Notes: a model not told the origin generated them from the sequence alone. A stretch of 64,000 nucleotides of DNA from Mobula hypostoma (GCF_963921235.1 NC_086097.1:7068001-7132000), one strand, 5' to 3'; numbered from the stretch's first letter, positions 50,557-64,000 are shown. Translations and numbers: made by a program.

Positions 50557-51972
50557 TGTTGTCGCGTGAATAAAGTCACTGGAGAGACGCAGCTGGTGGA
50601 TATGAAGAAGACTTTTATTTGACTAAATGAGACACAGCCAGCATCATATTGAGACCCCTTCTGAGGAAGAGACCTGTTGACCCAATATTTCATGTCTTTT
50701 TATATGCTAAGAATCAAAGGGCAATTCTATATTTATAATATATATAACCATATAACAATTACAGCATGGAAACAGGCCATCTTAGCCCTCCTAGTCCGTG
50801 CCGAATGCTTACTCTCACCTAGTCCCATCGACCTGCGCTCAGCCCATAACCCTCCATTCCTTTCCTGTCCACATACCTATCCAATTGTTCTTTAAATGAC
50901 AACATTGAACCTGCCTCAACCACTTCTACTGGAAGCGCGTTCCGCACAGCCACCACTCTCTGAATAAAGAAGTTCCCCCTGGTGTTACCCCCAAACTTTT
51001 CCCCCAACTCTCAACTCATGTCCTCTTGTTTGAATCTCCCCCACTCTCAATGGAAAAAGCCTATCCACGTCAACTCTATCTATCCCCCTAATAATTTTAA
51101 ATACCTCTATCAAGTCCCCCCTCAACTTTCTACGCTCCGAAGAATAAAGACCTAACTTGTTCAACCTTTCTCTGTAACTCAGGTGCTGAAAGCCAAGTAA
51201 CATTCTAGTAAATCTTCTCTGTACTCTCTCTATTTTGTTGACATCTTTCCTATAGTTTGGTGACCAGAACTGTACACAATACTCCAAATTTGGCCTTACC
51301 AATGCCTTGTACAATTTTATCATCACATCCGAACTCCTATACTCAATACTCTGCTTTATAAAGGCCAGCATTCCAAAAGCTTTCTTCACCACCCTATTCA
51401 CATGAGATTCCACCTTCAGGGAACTATACACCATTATTCCTAGATCACTCTGTTCTACTGCATTCTTCAAAGCCCTACCATTTACCATGTATATCCTATT
51501 TTGATTAGTCCTACCAAAATGTAGCACCTCACACTTATCAGCATTAAACTCCATCTGCCATCTTTCAGCCCACTCTTCCAACTGGCCTAAATCTCTCTGC
51601 AAGCTTTGAAAACCTACTTCATTATCCACAACACCACCTATCATCTGCATACTTACTAATCCAATTTACCACCCCATCATCCAGATCATTAATGTATATG
51701 ACAAAAATATCTACATATCTACAATGCTTCCTTTGTATTACATATAGCTTCCACATCTCCTTCTCTGCATCCACACTACAGACACCCAAGATGAATGTTA
51801 AATCAGCATTGTCTGATTTTCCAATTCACTGCAGTTCACGGCTCTTCAGAACCCATTGTCGAGAGCTGCATTTTAAACTTAATCGACAGTTCATATTCAG
51901 GTCTGAAGACTGGTGGCAGAAGTTAGTTGCTGAAGTTAATAGTTAACATTTCGCTATATGTCTTTACTCCAA
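50557..51972 (-). mobile_element. Solo-LTR-like element split by a CR1 insertion
   Basis: Minus-strand order is TATA (GCATATAAAAA, about 50697-50707), AATAAA (about 50615), then the ...CAACA end at 50557. Unique LTR-like sequence resumes at 51705. Confidence 0.45.
50742..51703 (-). mobile_element. CR1-type LINE 3' fragment
   Basis: ORF 50985-51650 LQRDLGQLEEWAERWQMEFNADKCEV...YKALVRPNLEY and a (TATGGT) tail. Confidence 0.9.
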
Positions 51973-52924
51973 AAACACCCTAACCCCTATGTCTTTGGAC
52001 TGTGGGAGGAAACTAGAGCACCCAGAGGAAAACCACGCAAACATGGGGAGAACATACAGGTTGCGGCAGGAATTGAAACCCAGTCAGTGATCACTGGTGC
52101 TGTGAAGTGATGCACTGACTGCTCTGCAGCCATATCAACACATTTCATGTTTAACCTTTAATGTACTTTACAACAATTTACTATATTTGCTGCTAGCATT
52201 GCAGAGGCTCCAGAGGAGCTTCATGAGAATGTCTCCGGGAATGAATGAGTCAACATTTGAGAAACATCTGTTGGCTCTAGGACTGTTCTTGCTGGAGTTT
52301 AGAAAACTGAGGGGGGAATCTTATTGAAATCTATTGAATGTTGAAAGGCCTCGATAAAGTGGATGTGAAGAGGCTGGTTCCTATGGTGAAGGAGTCTAGG
52401 ACAAGAGGGCACAGTCTCAGAATTGAGGGACCTCTATTTAGAAATGAGATGAGGAGGAATTGTTTTAGCCAGCGGGTGGTGAACCTGTGGAATTCATTGT
52501 CATAGATGGTTTGGAAGGCCAAGTCATTGAGTATATTTACAGCTGAGGTTGTAGGTTCTTGATTACTCAGGGCACCACAGGTTGTGAGAAAAGTCAGAAG
52601 AATGGAGTTGAGAGGATATTAAATCAGCCATGATAGAATGACAGAGCAGATTAGATGGACCAAATGGCCTAATTATGCTCCTATGTCGTATGATGATGAA
52701 ATGGTGGGGAATTCCAGAACTTAGACCCAACAATAATGAAGGACCAGTGATATCTCTCCAAGTGTGCTGTACAACTCTAGGAAGCGAGTGTAAATGATGG
52801 TTCTTAAAGGGCCAAAGTGGAGCACAGATACAGAGATATAATAGGGAATTACAAAGCTCAGGGCCTTGACAACTAAAAATACCTATAATTCAGGGATGAT
52901 TAAGAGGTTAGAAATGGTGAGGTG

Positions 52925-53110
52925 GAACACACACAGAATGCTGGAGGAACTCAGCTGGTCAGAAAGCATCCACAGAACTAAACAAGTACCCGACGCTTTG
53001 GGCCAAGACTCTTCTCCGCCAGTCCTGAAGAAGCATCTTAGCTTGAAATGTCAACTGGTTGTTTATTTCTGTGGATGCTGCCTGACTTACTGAGTTCCTC
53101 CAGCATTTTG
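52925..53110. mobile_element. Penelope-derived fold-back repeat with back-to-back hammerhead relics (another arm at 60426-60565)
   Basis: Inverted arms. CAGTC-CTGAAGA-AGCATCTTAGCTT-GAAATGTC-AACTG at 53020-53058. Confidence 0.65.
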
Positions 53111-53503
53111 TTCTTTCTTTCTTTTCCAATCTTTTTATTAATTTTCAAAATTATAAACATAACAACAATATTAATGAACAGAAATTGGGATTACATTATT
53201 AATAATTGACATTGCAAATATAGCATTGGTAATAATACAGATGTATAAAGTTTCCCAAACTCTAAATATAATTAAACATGGTAAAGGGATAAATGAGGAA
53301 AAATCTAAAAAAAACCAAATTAGAAAAGAAAAAAAATATTAATTAACTAAGCGATATTAAGCTAAACTAAATAAAACTAAAAACAAAACTATAGAAAAAA
53401 AAGACAGACTAACATATTACATTGGATAGAATCAGTAATGTCGTTAACTCCACTCCTCTATCCATGTATCTTAAGTTTAAAAAAAGGATTCGATAAGGTC
53501 AAA

Positions 53504-56500
53504 CTACATCATATGGAAATGTTGAATGAATGGTCTCCAAGTTTCTTCAAATTTAATCAAAGGGTCGGAGGTGCCACTTCTAATTTTCTCCAAATTTAAA
53601 CAAGATATAGTCTGAGAAACCCATTGGAATGTAATAGGGGGATTGACCTCTTTCCAGTTCAATAAGGTAAACTTTCTAGCCATTAATGTTAAAAAAGCAA
53701 TCATCCGACAGGCTGAAGGGGATAAGTAACTATCTTCCGTCATTGGTAACCCAAAAATTGCAGCAACAGGGTGTGGTTGTAAATTAATACGCAAAACAGT
53801 AGAAATAATATCAAAGATATCTTTCCAATATTTATGCAAAAAGGGCAAGACCAAAACATACAGGTCAAGGAAGCAACTTCAGAACGGCATCTATCACAAA
53901 TTGGGCTTCTATGTGAATAGAAACGAGCTAATTTGTCTTTAGACATATGTGCCCTATGCACCACCTTAAATTGTATCAATGTATGTTTAGCACATAAAGA
54001 GGACGTGTTAACTAATTGAAATTTTTCCCCCCATTTTTCTATAGGTAAATGAAGTTGGAGTTCTCTTTCCCATTCAATCTTAATTTTATCAGATATACCT
54101 GAATTTATTTTCATAATCAAATCCTAAATGAATGCTATTAAACCCTTCTGAAAAGGATTTAAGCTTAGAATTTTTTCCATAATATCAATTGGATGTGAAG
54201 TTAGAAATGTGGGTAAATTAATATTTAATAAGTTTCTAATTTGTAAATATCTGAATAAGTGAGATCTAGGCAAATTATATTTATTAGATAACTGTTCAAA
54301 AGACATGAAACAGTTATCCAAAAATAAATCACGAAAGCTTAATATACCCTTCATTTTGCATACCGAGAAAGCTTGATCTATAATAGAAGGTTGAAAGAAA
54401 AAATTAGACGTAATAGGGCTTGATAAAATAAATTGGGTCAAGCCAAAAAATTTATGAAATTGAAACCATATTCGTATTGTATGTTTAATTATTGGATTAA
54501 CCAGTTGTTTATTTAATTTAGAAATAACAAGTGGTAAAGAAGTCACTAAAATGGAAGTCAAAGAAAACCCTTGTACAGATTTACATTCCAGGTTTACCCG
54601 TTGTAGGCGTAAAGTTATATCCAAATCTTGTGTCCAAAATATTAAATATCAGATATTATTTGCCCAATAGTAAAATCTAAAATTTGGTAAAGCCAAACCA
54701 CCATCCTTTTTAAATTTAAGTAAATATTTTTTTCTTAGTCTAGGATTTTTGTTCTGCCATATATATGAAGAGATTTTAGAATGTAAAGTATCAAAAAAAA
54801 TTTAGAAATAAAAATTGGTAATGCTTGAAACAAGTATAAAAATTTTGATAGGAGAATCATCTTAATAGCATTAATTCGACCGAGCATTGATGGAAACAAT
54901 GGGGACCATTTAATAAAAATTTGATTAATTTGATCAATTAAAGGTAAATAAAAATATGCTTAAATAAATCCTTATGTTTCTTAGTAATTTTAACACCCAG
55001 ATAAGTAAAATAATCATTAACCGGTCTGAATGGTGGGCCTCTATAAATTGGAACTTGCATAGTTAAAGGGAAGAGTTCACTCTTATTAAAGTTCAATTTA
55101 TAGCCCGAAAAATTACTAAACTTATTAAGCAAGGATAGTAGTGCCGGATAAGGTTTTTCATGGTGAAAAATATATAGTAATAAATCATCAGCGTATAGTG
55201 ATACCTTATGTATTTCATTCCCCCGTGTGATACCAAATATTAGATTAGATTAGATTATGAGGACACACAGTCCTCTTTTATTGTCATTTAGTAATGCATG
55301 CATTAAGGAATGATACAATATTCCTCTGGTGTGATATCATAGAAACACAGGACGGACCAAGACTGCAAAACTGACAAAAACCACACAATTATAACATATA
55401 GTTACAACAGTGCAAACAATACCGTAACTTGATGAAGAACAAGCCGTGAGCACGGCAAAAAGTTCAAAGTCTCTTGAAAGTCCCACATCTCATGCAGACG
55501 GGAGAAGGAAGAAAACTAATAGTTGATTCAAGAATAGCAATGGCCAAAGGTGCTAAAGCAATATCAAATAGCAATGGACTAAGAGGACAACTTTGCCTGG
55601 TGCCGCGAAACAGCTGAAAAAAGGGAGATCTTTGATTATTGGTAAATACCGACGCTGGAGGGGTAAGGTACATTAATTTAATCCAAGAAATAAATGTCGG
55701 ACTAAAATTAAATTTTTCAAGCACACTAAATAAGTATGTCCATTAAACCTCGTCAAATGCTTTCTCAGCATCTAGTGAAATGACACATTCTGGAGTTCTA
55801 GATGAAGGTGTATAAACAATATTCATTAATCTCCTAATATTAGAAAAAGAATAACGATTTTTAATAAATCCCATCTAATCAACAGAAATAATTTGAGGCA
55901 ATACTTTTTCCAATCTGGTCACTAATATTTTAGAAAAAATCTTGGAATCTACATTCAACAAAGATATAGGCCTATATGATACACATTCAGTGGGATCTTT
56001 ATCTTTCTTAAGAATCAAGGAAATAGAAGCACCATAAAAGGACTGTGGTAATTTATCTATAGATAATGCATCATTAAAAATTCTATATAACCAAGATGAA
56101 AGAATATTAGAAAAGGATTTGAAAAATTCTACTGTGAAATCGTCCGGTCCAGGTGCTTTACCTGAATTCATCGAAAAAAATAACATTTTTAACTTTATCT
56201 TCAGTAATGGGAGTTTCTAATATTAAACGTTGATCAGATAATAATTTCAGAAAATTCAATTTCCTTATAAAATCCGTGCATCATAGTAAGATCATCGGGA
56301 GATTCTGATTAGTACAGTGAAGTATAGAATTCTTGAAAGGATATATATGTATCTCATCATGATCAAGGGTCAGGATACCATCACTTTTACGAATCTTAAG
56401 AATCTGGCGTTTAACCAAAGCAGTTTTCAGTTGATTAGCCAATAATTTAGCAGATTTATCATCGTGTATATAGAACTGACTCCTAGTTTTATTTAATTGA

Positions 56501-57579
56501 TTTTCGATCGAGGATGTCAGTAATAAGCTATGCTCCATTTGAAGCTCAACTCTCTTTTTATGAAGCTCCTTACTAGTAGCAATAGAATATTTCTTGTCAA
56601 TTTCTTTGATCTTATCAACCAGTATTTGTATTTCATTATTAATTTGTTTTTTCAGTCCAGCTGAATACGAAATAATTAGTCCACATGTATATGCTTTAAA
56701 AGTGTCCCTTAATATTCCACTAGAAATTTCTTCCATAGCATTTGTTGAAAAGAAAAAAATCAATCTGATCTTGAATGAAATTAATAAATTTCAAATCTTG
56801 AAGAAGAGTAGAATTAAGCCGCCGTTGTCTAATGTTAGAAAATATATCCATTAATTTGATAGATAGTTTCAAAGGCACATGGTCAGAAATTGCAATGGAG
56901 TCATAGTTACAGTCAATAACAAATGGAATTAAATGAGAGTCAATAAAGAAATAGTCAATTCTAGAGTACTTATGATATACATGAGAAAAGAATGAAAACT
57001 CTTTATCCTTAGGGTGTAAAAATCTCCAAATTTCTACAATTCCTCTATCAACCATAAAAGAATTGATAAGAGTGGCAGATTTATTTGGAAGTGTCTGATT
57101 AGAAACAGATCTATCCATCAAAGGATTTAAACAAAAGTTAAAATCTCCACCAATTATCAGCATATAATCATTTAAATTAGGAAGAGCTGTAAACAAATAC
57201 TTAAAAAATTCAGGATGGTCAATATTTGGAGCATGAACATTGACCATAACAACCTTTTTATTAAAAAGTAAATCGGTAATTATCAAAAATCTACCATTTG
57301 GGTCTGAAATAGTTTCATAATGAATAAATGATACTGAAGAATCTATGAAAATGGAAACTCCTTTCACTTTGGTGTTAGAGTTCAAATGATATCCTGCCAA
57401 AATCTAAAAATACACTGAATATCCTCTCTCCTCACATGAGTTGCTTGTGCAAAAATAATGTAAGTGTTCATTCTGTGGAAGACATTTAAAATTTTTTTCC
57501 ATTTAATCAGGTGGTTTAAACCATTTGTATTCCATGAAACAAAGTTAATAATCTTGTGCATGTTACTAAAATTAACCAT
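53504..57579 (-). pseudogene. L1 ORF2 (APE endonuclease + reverse transcriptase + CCHC-like domain), frameshifted
   Basis: FVSWNTNGL, GGDFN, YSRIDYFF, ISDH, KAPGPD, YRPISLLNVDSKI, RGTRQSCPLSPLLF, LYADDLL, YLGV and CDRC...MFWSC. Confidence 0.92.
55239..55518 (-). mobile_element. 3' end of the (CTAAT)n-tailed retroposon inserted in the L1 RT domain
   Basis: Interrupts LAIAILES|NIFGITRG and matches the 3' part of 36384-37060. Confidence 0.75.
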
Positions 57580-58171
57580 TTGGTATGTAAAGAATTAACT
57601 AGAGTACAAACTCATGACTCCGGAAGAAGAGAAAAGGGTTTGAACAGGAACTGGAAATTACGACATTTCCGAAATATTTGTAGTTGCAAGTTAGCCCCTT
57701 TGAAAAAAATAGACTAAAAATAGAAAGACCCCCACCCCCACCCACAAAGACCCAGAAAAAAGGCAAAGAGAAGCCAAAAAGTAATTTAACACTAAATCTA
57801 ACCCCATCTATCTAGAAGGCAGCCCAACGATATATATTTATATTTAAAAACACGCCAAAAATTAATCTAAGTAAATTAAAGCTACAGTTATTGAAAGCAT
57901 AGGACAAAATATCATCTTATTAGTATTTTTAGAAAAAAAACAAGCGTCACTTAATATTGTTAGTACTTTTCAAATCGAAACAATAAGAAAATGATGCAAC
58001 AAGATAGAAAAAAACAACATAGAGGAAGAAAGGCATAAACATCATCTTGAAATGTAAAGAAACGAAAATAACCAAATACTTCCCCAAACCTTTCAAACAC
58101 AAAATTAAGCCCCGAGTCTTCTACTTAATTATCTTCAAAAGCAGAGAAACTAAGAATAAAGTAAGAATAAG

Positions 58172-59118
58172 AACCACATCATCAAGTTCGCCAAGACACA
58201 ACCGTGGTGGGTCTCATCACTAACGGACTGGTGCAGAGGCAACAACCTGTCTCTGAATGCAAACAAAACAAAAGAGATGGTTGTTGACTTCAGGAGGACA
58301 CGGAGTGACCACTCTCCACTGGACATCAGCAACTCCCCTGCAGAGAAGAGGAGTCTAAGAGCACCAAATTCCTTGTTGTTCACCTGGTGGAGACTCTCAC
58401 CTGGTCCCTCAACACCAGCTCCATAGCAAAGAAAGCCCAGCAGCGTCTCTACTTTCTGCGAAGGCTGAGAAAAGTCCATCTCCCACCACTCCCGCCATCC
58501 TCACCATATTCTACAGAGTTTGTATTGAGAGCATCCTGAGCAGCTGCATCACGGCCTGGTTCAGAAATTGCACCATCTCCGATCGCAAGGCCCTGCAGCG
58601 GATAGCGCGTCATCTGAGAAGATCACTGGGGTCTCTCTTCCCGCCATCACAGACATTTACACCACACGCTGCATCTGCAAAGCAAACAGCATTATGAAGG
58701 ACTCCACACACCCCTCATACAAACTCTTCTCCCTCCTGCCATCTGGCAAAAGGCACCGAAGTATTCGGGCTCTCACGACCAGACTATGTAACAGTTTCTT
58801 CCCCCAAGCCATCAGACTCCTCAATACCCAGAGCCTGGACTGACACCAACCTACTGCCCTCTACTGTGCCTACTGTCTTGTTTATTATTTATTATTATTT
58901 ATTGTAGTGCCTGCACTGTTTTGTGCACTTTATGCAGTCCTGGCTAGGTCTGTAGTCTAGTGTAGATTTTGTGTTTTTTCTTACCTAGTTCAGTGTAGTT
59001 TTTGTATTGTTTCATGTAGCAACATGGTTCTGGAAAACTTTGCCTCATTTTTACTATGTTCTGTACCAGAAGTTATGGTAGAAATGACAATAAAAAGTGA
59101 CTTGACTTGACTTGACTT
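58172..59118 (+). mobile_element. Rex1-clade LINE 3' part inserted in the L1 inter-ORF spacer, with (GACTT)n tail
   Basis: HIIKFA.DTTVVGLI...WCRGNNLSLN..KTKEMVVDFRR...KAQQRLYFLRRL...SFFPQAIRLLN. Confidence 0.88.
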
Positions 59119-59312
59119 AAAAATAGAATTTAAAGAAAAATGGACAGAATCATTAAGAAAGAAAAACTTTAATCGAAAAGTATGTAGAAAAAATACCTAC
59201 ACTACAGACCAAGAACCTAAGCCCTCGGATTATCACAGGTCCAAATCTGTAAATCTATTACTAACAAAAAAAAACAACAGGAACAAAAATGAAAAAAGAA
59301 GCAGTAGAATAA

Positions 59313-60182
59313 TTAGATCTTAGGAGGCAAATTCAGATCATCGAGAAATTTTTGAGCTTCGATCGGGGATTTAAAGGGACGGTGGGAGTTATTGGGAAGG
59401 ACAACTCTCAGACGAGCTGGGTAAAGGAGAGCTGGTTTGAAACCTTTTTGAAAAAATTCTGAAGACATTGCTTTAAAAGCCATCCATTCCCTTAAAACTT
59501 CAGAACTGAAGTCCTCAACCAAACAAAATCTGAAACTTTGAAATTCAATCATTCTTCTGCTTCGAGCAGCTCATATCAGACAATCCTTGATGTGAACGTA
59601 ATGAAACCAAATAATAACAACCCTTGGTTTAGAACCTGTGGTTGGTTTGGCGAAAGGAATACGGTGGGCCCAGTCAATTAATGAAGGGGTCTCCAAAGCT
59701 TCCAGTCCAAACATGTCCATTAAGAATTGAGAAAAGGATTTAACTGGATCCCCCTTCTCAACGTCTTCGGTAAGTCCGATTACCCGCAAATTCTGTCTCC
59801 GGGAGCGATTTTCAAGGTCGATAATCTTGGATTTATAACATTCCAACATTTGAAATGTCGAAGATAAATTTTGCTCCAAGGTTTCAATCTTTTGATCCTT
59901 TCGTCGAGTAGTTCCATCGAGTTCTGAGATTCTTGTTTGCTGTTGTTCAAATTCGTGTCTAAACAACCTAAGATTATCTTCAACTGTCTTTAAAACTCCT
60001 TCAATCGCTGAAAATCTGTGGTTAAATTTTTCATCTCGACGGTTGAATTTTTCATCTAGAAGGTTCGAAATTGTGTCAAAAGTTAATGGGATATCCGTAG
60101 ATGATTTAGGGTCTCCATTTTTTCTTTCCTTGCTGTTGAAATCTTTGCAGTTTTTAACCTCTCTTCATCTGAGAGTTGCCAT
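59313..60182 (-). pseudogene. L1 ORF1 (coiled-coil + Transposase_22-type RRM/CTD), disrupted
   Basis: IIDLENRSRRQNLRVIGLTE, AHRIP...KPRVVII and LLYPARLRV...F.SP.EA..FL. Confidence 0.88.
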
Positions 60183-61254
60183 TTCCAGCAACTTAAAATC
60201 AAATTTGTAGAAAAAACTGTATATGAGCCCTTTAGTGTAGGTTTGAACAAAATGAATAAGGATGGTTATGGAGATACCTTGGATGGTTGTAAAATGAGAA
60301 GAAATTACTAGTGTACCTCGGAATGATTTGACCATTTTAGCATGAGTGGATTGATGAACCGAGAACCAACACTGGTCAGAAATCACAGGAGAAATTAATA
60401 AAAAGAAACTTATGCCATTTTGAAAATGAAGTCCTGAAGAAGGATCTCAGCCCAAAATTTAGACTGATTGTTCATTTCCATGGATTCTGCCAGACCTGCT
60501 GAGTTCCTCCAGCATTTTGTATGTGTTGCTCTGGATTAACAGCATCTGCAGAATCTCTTGTGTTTAGTGAATGAGGATTACAACAGTGAATAGTTTTCAA
60601 CAATACTTCCTTGATCACAGACTTGCATGGGATGTCCTGAAGCCGAGAATGGCTCAGAATAATGTAAGTTCTTTCCTCACCTTGTCAAAACTCATTTCAA
60701 CACTGACACCTGAATAATAACTATTCAGAAGTGTTTCTGTGAGCAGTCTATAAGCGTCATAGAGATAAGTTCCCTTAACACAAGAGATTACTGGTATTGA
60801 GCCTCACTGTGCATATTGTATTACCACATCAAACCCTATTTTAAAAAATATTAAACTCAAAATTCTACTTAATTTATTTTTAAAGGAGTTTTTGTATCAT
60901 TGCTAAAGAACACCTGATGTACCAGATATCTTTTTAATCCAAGTCTGCATCTCATTAGGGGTGGCATGGTAGTGTAACTCGATTACAGTATAGGCAGCCC
61001 GGGTTCAACCCTTGGCCTTATCTGTCAGGAGTTTGTTCGTTCTTCTCATGACCGTGTGGGGTTCCTCCGAGTGCTCTGGTTTCCTCCCACATTCCAAAAA
61101 TGCCTGGGTTAGTAGGTTAATTCGTCACAACGGTGTAATTGGGCAGCGCTGGCTCATTTGGGTCAGTAAGGACTGTTACTGTGTTGTATCCACAAATGAA
61201 CAAACCAATAAATAAATAAATGTAATTTTAAAAATTCATACGCACGTGCGCGCG

Positions 61255-61255
61255 T

Positions 61256-61298
<43 letters not shown>
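61255..61298. repeat. Compound (CA)n(TA)n microsatellite
   Basis: Directly visible. Confidence 0.9.
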
Positions 61299-61979
61299 GG
61301 TAGATACATAAATAATAGATGGCATGGTAGTGTAGTGGTTAGCACAATGCTTCACAGTGCAGGCATCCTGGGTTCAATTCCTGCCACTGCCTGTATGGAG
61401 TTTGTACGTTCTCTCCACGACTGTGTGGATTTCCTCCTGGTGCTCCGGTTTCTTCCCGCAATCAAAAGTCATACCGGTTTGTAGGTTCATTGGTAATTGT
61501 AATTGTCCCACGATTCTTTTTTGGATTAAATCAGGGGATTGCTGGGCGGTGTGGATCAAAGGGACAGAAGGGTTTATTCCACGCTGTATTTCAATATATT
61601 AATAAATTATGTACTTACTGCCCATTAGGATGCTGGTATTTAGGGTAGCAATGAAGCTCCTCCATCCCTGTCTGCCCTTGGCCATCTTCTAAAGTCCCAC
61701 CTGATGTTTCAAGGATACCATCACGCTCAGATGTCGAAGGACTCTTCATTGCTGTTTGTTGTTTCTGTAACAGTTTTGTTTCACCTGTTAACCCTGAGCT
61801 GAACCCTTGAATCTGGAGGACCCTTTGAGCCATTGACCTATTTGGCATAGGTGACCCTACCAAGAGCCAAAAGCTCTGATTCCAGCCAATAGAGTTCACA
61901 GGGTCATTGAGGAATGCAAGCGTCCAAACCACAGCATGGTTTTGGTCCACCTGGAGGAGAGAGAGAGAGAGAGATAAGT

Positions 61980-63408
61980 AAATATAAAACACATTTGATT
62001 GCATGAGTATTCACCCCCTTCAAGTCAGTATTTTGTAGATGCACCTTTGGTGGAAATAACAACCTTGAGACTGTGTGGATAGGTCTCTATCAGCTTTGCA
62101 CATCTGGACGCTGCAATTTTTCCCATTCTTCTTTACAAAACTGTTCAGGCTCTGTCAGACAGCTTGGGGATCATGGATGAACAGCCTTTTTCAAATCCAG
62201 CCACAAATTCTCAATTGGATTGAGGTCTGAATTTTGACTTAGCTACCGCAGGACATTAACTTTGAAGTTTTTAAGCCATTCTCCTGTAGCTTTAGCCTTA
62301 TGCTTGGGGTCATTGTCTAGAAAACAAATCTCCCAAGTCACATTTTTCTTGCAGACTGCATCAGGCTTTCCTCCAGGATTTCCCTGTATTTTGCTGCATT
62401 CTTTTTACTCTCAGCTTTCACAAGCCTTCCAGGGACTGTTGCAGTGAAGCATCCCCACAGCATGATGCAGCCAACACAGTGCTTCATGGAAGGGATGGTG
62501 TGTTTTTGATGATGTTCAGTTTTTGGCTTACACCAAACATAGCCTTTAGTCTGATGGCCAAAGAGCTCAATTTTGGTTTCAACAGACCATAGAACCTTCT
62601 TCCAGCTGATTTCAGAGTCTCCCACATGCCTTCTGGCAAGCTCTAGCTGAGATTTCATGTGAGCTTTTTTCAAAGGTGGCTTTGTTTTTGCCACTGTTCC
62701 ATAAGGCACCGACTGGTGAAACAGCTGGGCAACCTTTGTCGTATGTGCAGTTGTTCGAATCTCAGCCACTGAAGCTTGTAACTCCTCCAGAATTGTCATA
62801 TTGTTTTTGTGGCCTCCCTCACTAGTGTCCTTCTTGCAAGGTTTTTGAGGACCACCTGCTCTGGGCAGATTTACAGCTGTGTCATATTCTTTCCATTTCT
62901 TGATGATTGACTTAACTGTACTCCAAGAGATATTCAGTGACTTGGAAATTTTTTTGTATCTATCTCCTGACTTGTGCTTTTCAATAACCTTTTCACAGAG
63001 TTGCTTGGAGTTTTCTTTTGTTTTCATAGTGCAGTTTTTGCTAGGGTACTGACCGACCAGCAGCTGGACCTTCCAGATACCTGTGTATTTTTACTACAAT
63101 CGATTGAAACACCTTGATCGCACTTACTGATCTCCATTTACCTAATTATGTGACTTCTCAAACCAGTGATGATTTGGTGTGTCATATTAAAGGGGGTGAA
63201 TACTTATGCAATCAATTATTTTGTGTTTTATATTTATAATTAATTTAGATCACTTTGTACAGATTTATTTTCACTTTAACATGAAAGAGTCTTTTTCTGT
63301 TTAGTGTCAAAAAAGCCAAATTAAATCCATTGTGATTCAATGTTGTAAAACAATAGAACATGAAAACTTCCAGGGGGGTGGGGAAGGTGAATATTTTTAT
63401 AGGCACTG
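61980..63408 (-). mobile_element. Second IR/DR-type Tc1 transposon, outer right end missing
   Basis: Left TIR CAGTGCCTATAAAAATATTCACC at 63408. Inner DR GCATAAGTATTCACCCCCTT near 63190-63208, with an inverted copy near 62000-62020. Confidence 0.85.
62025..63027 (-). pseudogene. Tc1 transposase pseudogene
   Basis: MKTKENSKQL...YKKISKSLNISWSTVKSIIKKWKEY, WS(V)[23 protein letters not shown] and KGASTKY*. First catalytic Asp mutated, with frameshifts. Confidence 0.88.
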
Positions 63409-64000
63409 TGAATAAATTTGGAGTGGTGGCAGGGGAGGAGGTGGAGTGAAACTGGTAAACAATCATCTTTGAAAGAAATCAAGGTGAGATGTTTGTCCAA
63501 AAACAAGAACACCTTAAGGTTTTACATAGACATGTTTGCATAGCAAATAGGACAAAATGGAGAATTCTTATGACCAGCAGACCATGCATTAAATTCAGTA
63601 TAGATTCTCCAACTGGCTGTGAAAGGCAAATTGCCTCGCAATTAGATTCTAGCAGCTTAATAACAGAGGTTTCAAAGGCCTGATCACCAGCAGGCATATT
63701 AGATTACCAGTAGTACTGTTGTGACAGTTGCTATGTATAGGGGGATGTTTTCATAGAGGCAGGAAGCTATCAAAGACAAAACTGCTCTCCTGTTTTTTGT
63801 CAGGCGAAATCTGACTCAGCATAAAAGAATAAAGCAGGAATTATTGATCTCATCTGCAGATGGCACAGGAATTTCTAATTTTGTTCTTCTATTGACTTAT
63901 CATCAGCTTTTCTGAGAGATAACATCTCACTGCTTTGAGTAGATTTCAGTATTGTCTGCACTCTGAGTGGTCAAACCAGTTCAGTCTGAACCTGCTTCAT

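Larger units (their letters stand above)
53111..60330 (-). mobile_element. Near full-length L1-clade LINE, disabled
   Basis: 5'UTR, ORF1, a long T-rich inter-ORF spacer, ORF2 (EN-RT-Cys), then a 3'UTR ending AATTAATAAAAAGATT with a (GAAA)n tail. The 5' boundary is approximate. Confidence 0.92.

Overview
Eukaryotic, AT-rich, repeat-dominated DNA with no prokaryotic genes, rRNA, true tRNA or CRISPR. The repeat repertoire (HER1-type CR1 LINEs, V-domain HE1-type SINEs, Deu-domain SINEs, Rex1 LINEs) points to a cartilaginous fish, probably a ray (inference). Most of the window is nested mobile DNA. It holds a near full-length but disabled L1 (about 53.1-60.3 kb, minus), a Sleeping-Beauty-like IR/DR Tc1 built from two right ends (43306-44854), a second Tc1 (about 62.0-63.4 kb), an internally deleted hAT with an 8-bp TSD (18374-20936), many CR1/Rex1/L2/RTE 3' fragments, solo-LTR-like elements and MITEs. 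A 30-bp minisatellite has expanded inside a Deu-SINE (47.7-48.7 kb). The most notable non-obvious signal is a dispersed family of Penelope-derived fold-back repeats whose arms carry a degenerate minimal type-I hammerhead ribozyme motif (about 10 copies). No host protein-coding gene is recognisable. A CpG-rich, repeat-poor island at about 11-15.3 kb has CCAAT boxes and a G-quadruplex run, and together with a chain of minus-strand splice-site-bounded segments it suggests the 5' end of an unidentified spliced transcript (low to moderate confidence). Most repeat boundaries are approximate, and family names come from recalled motifs, not database searches.
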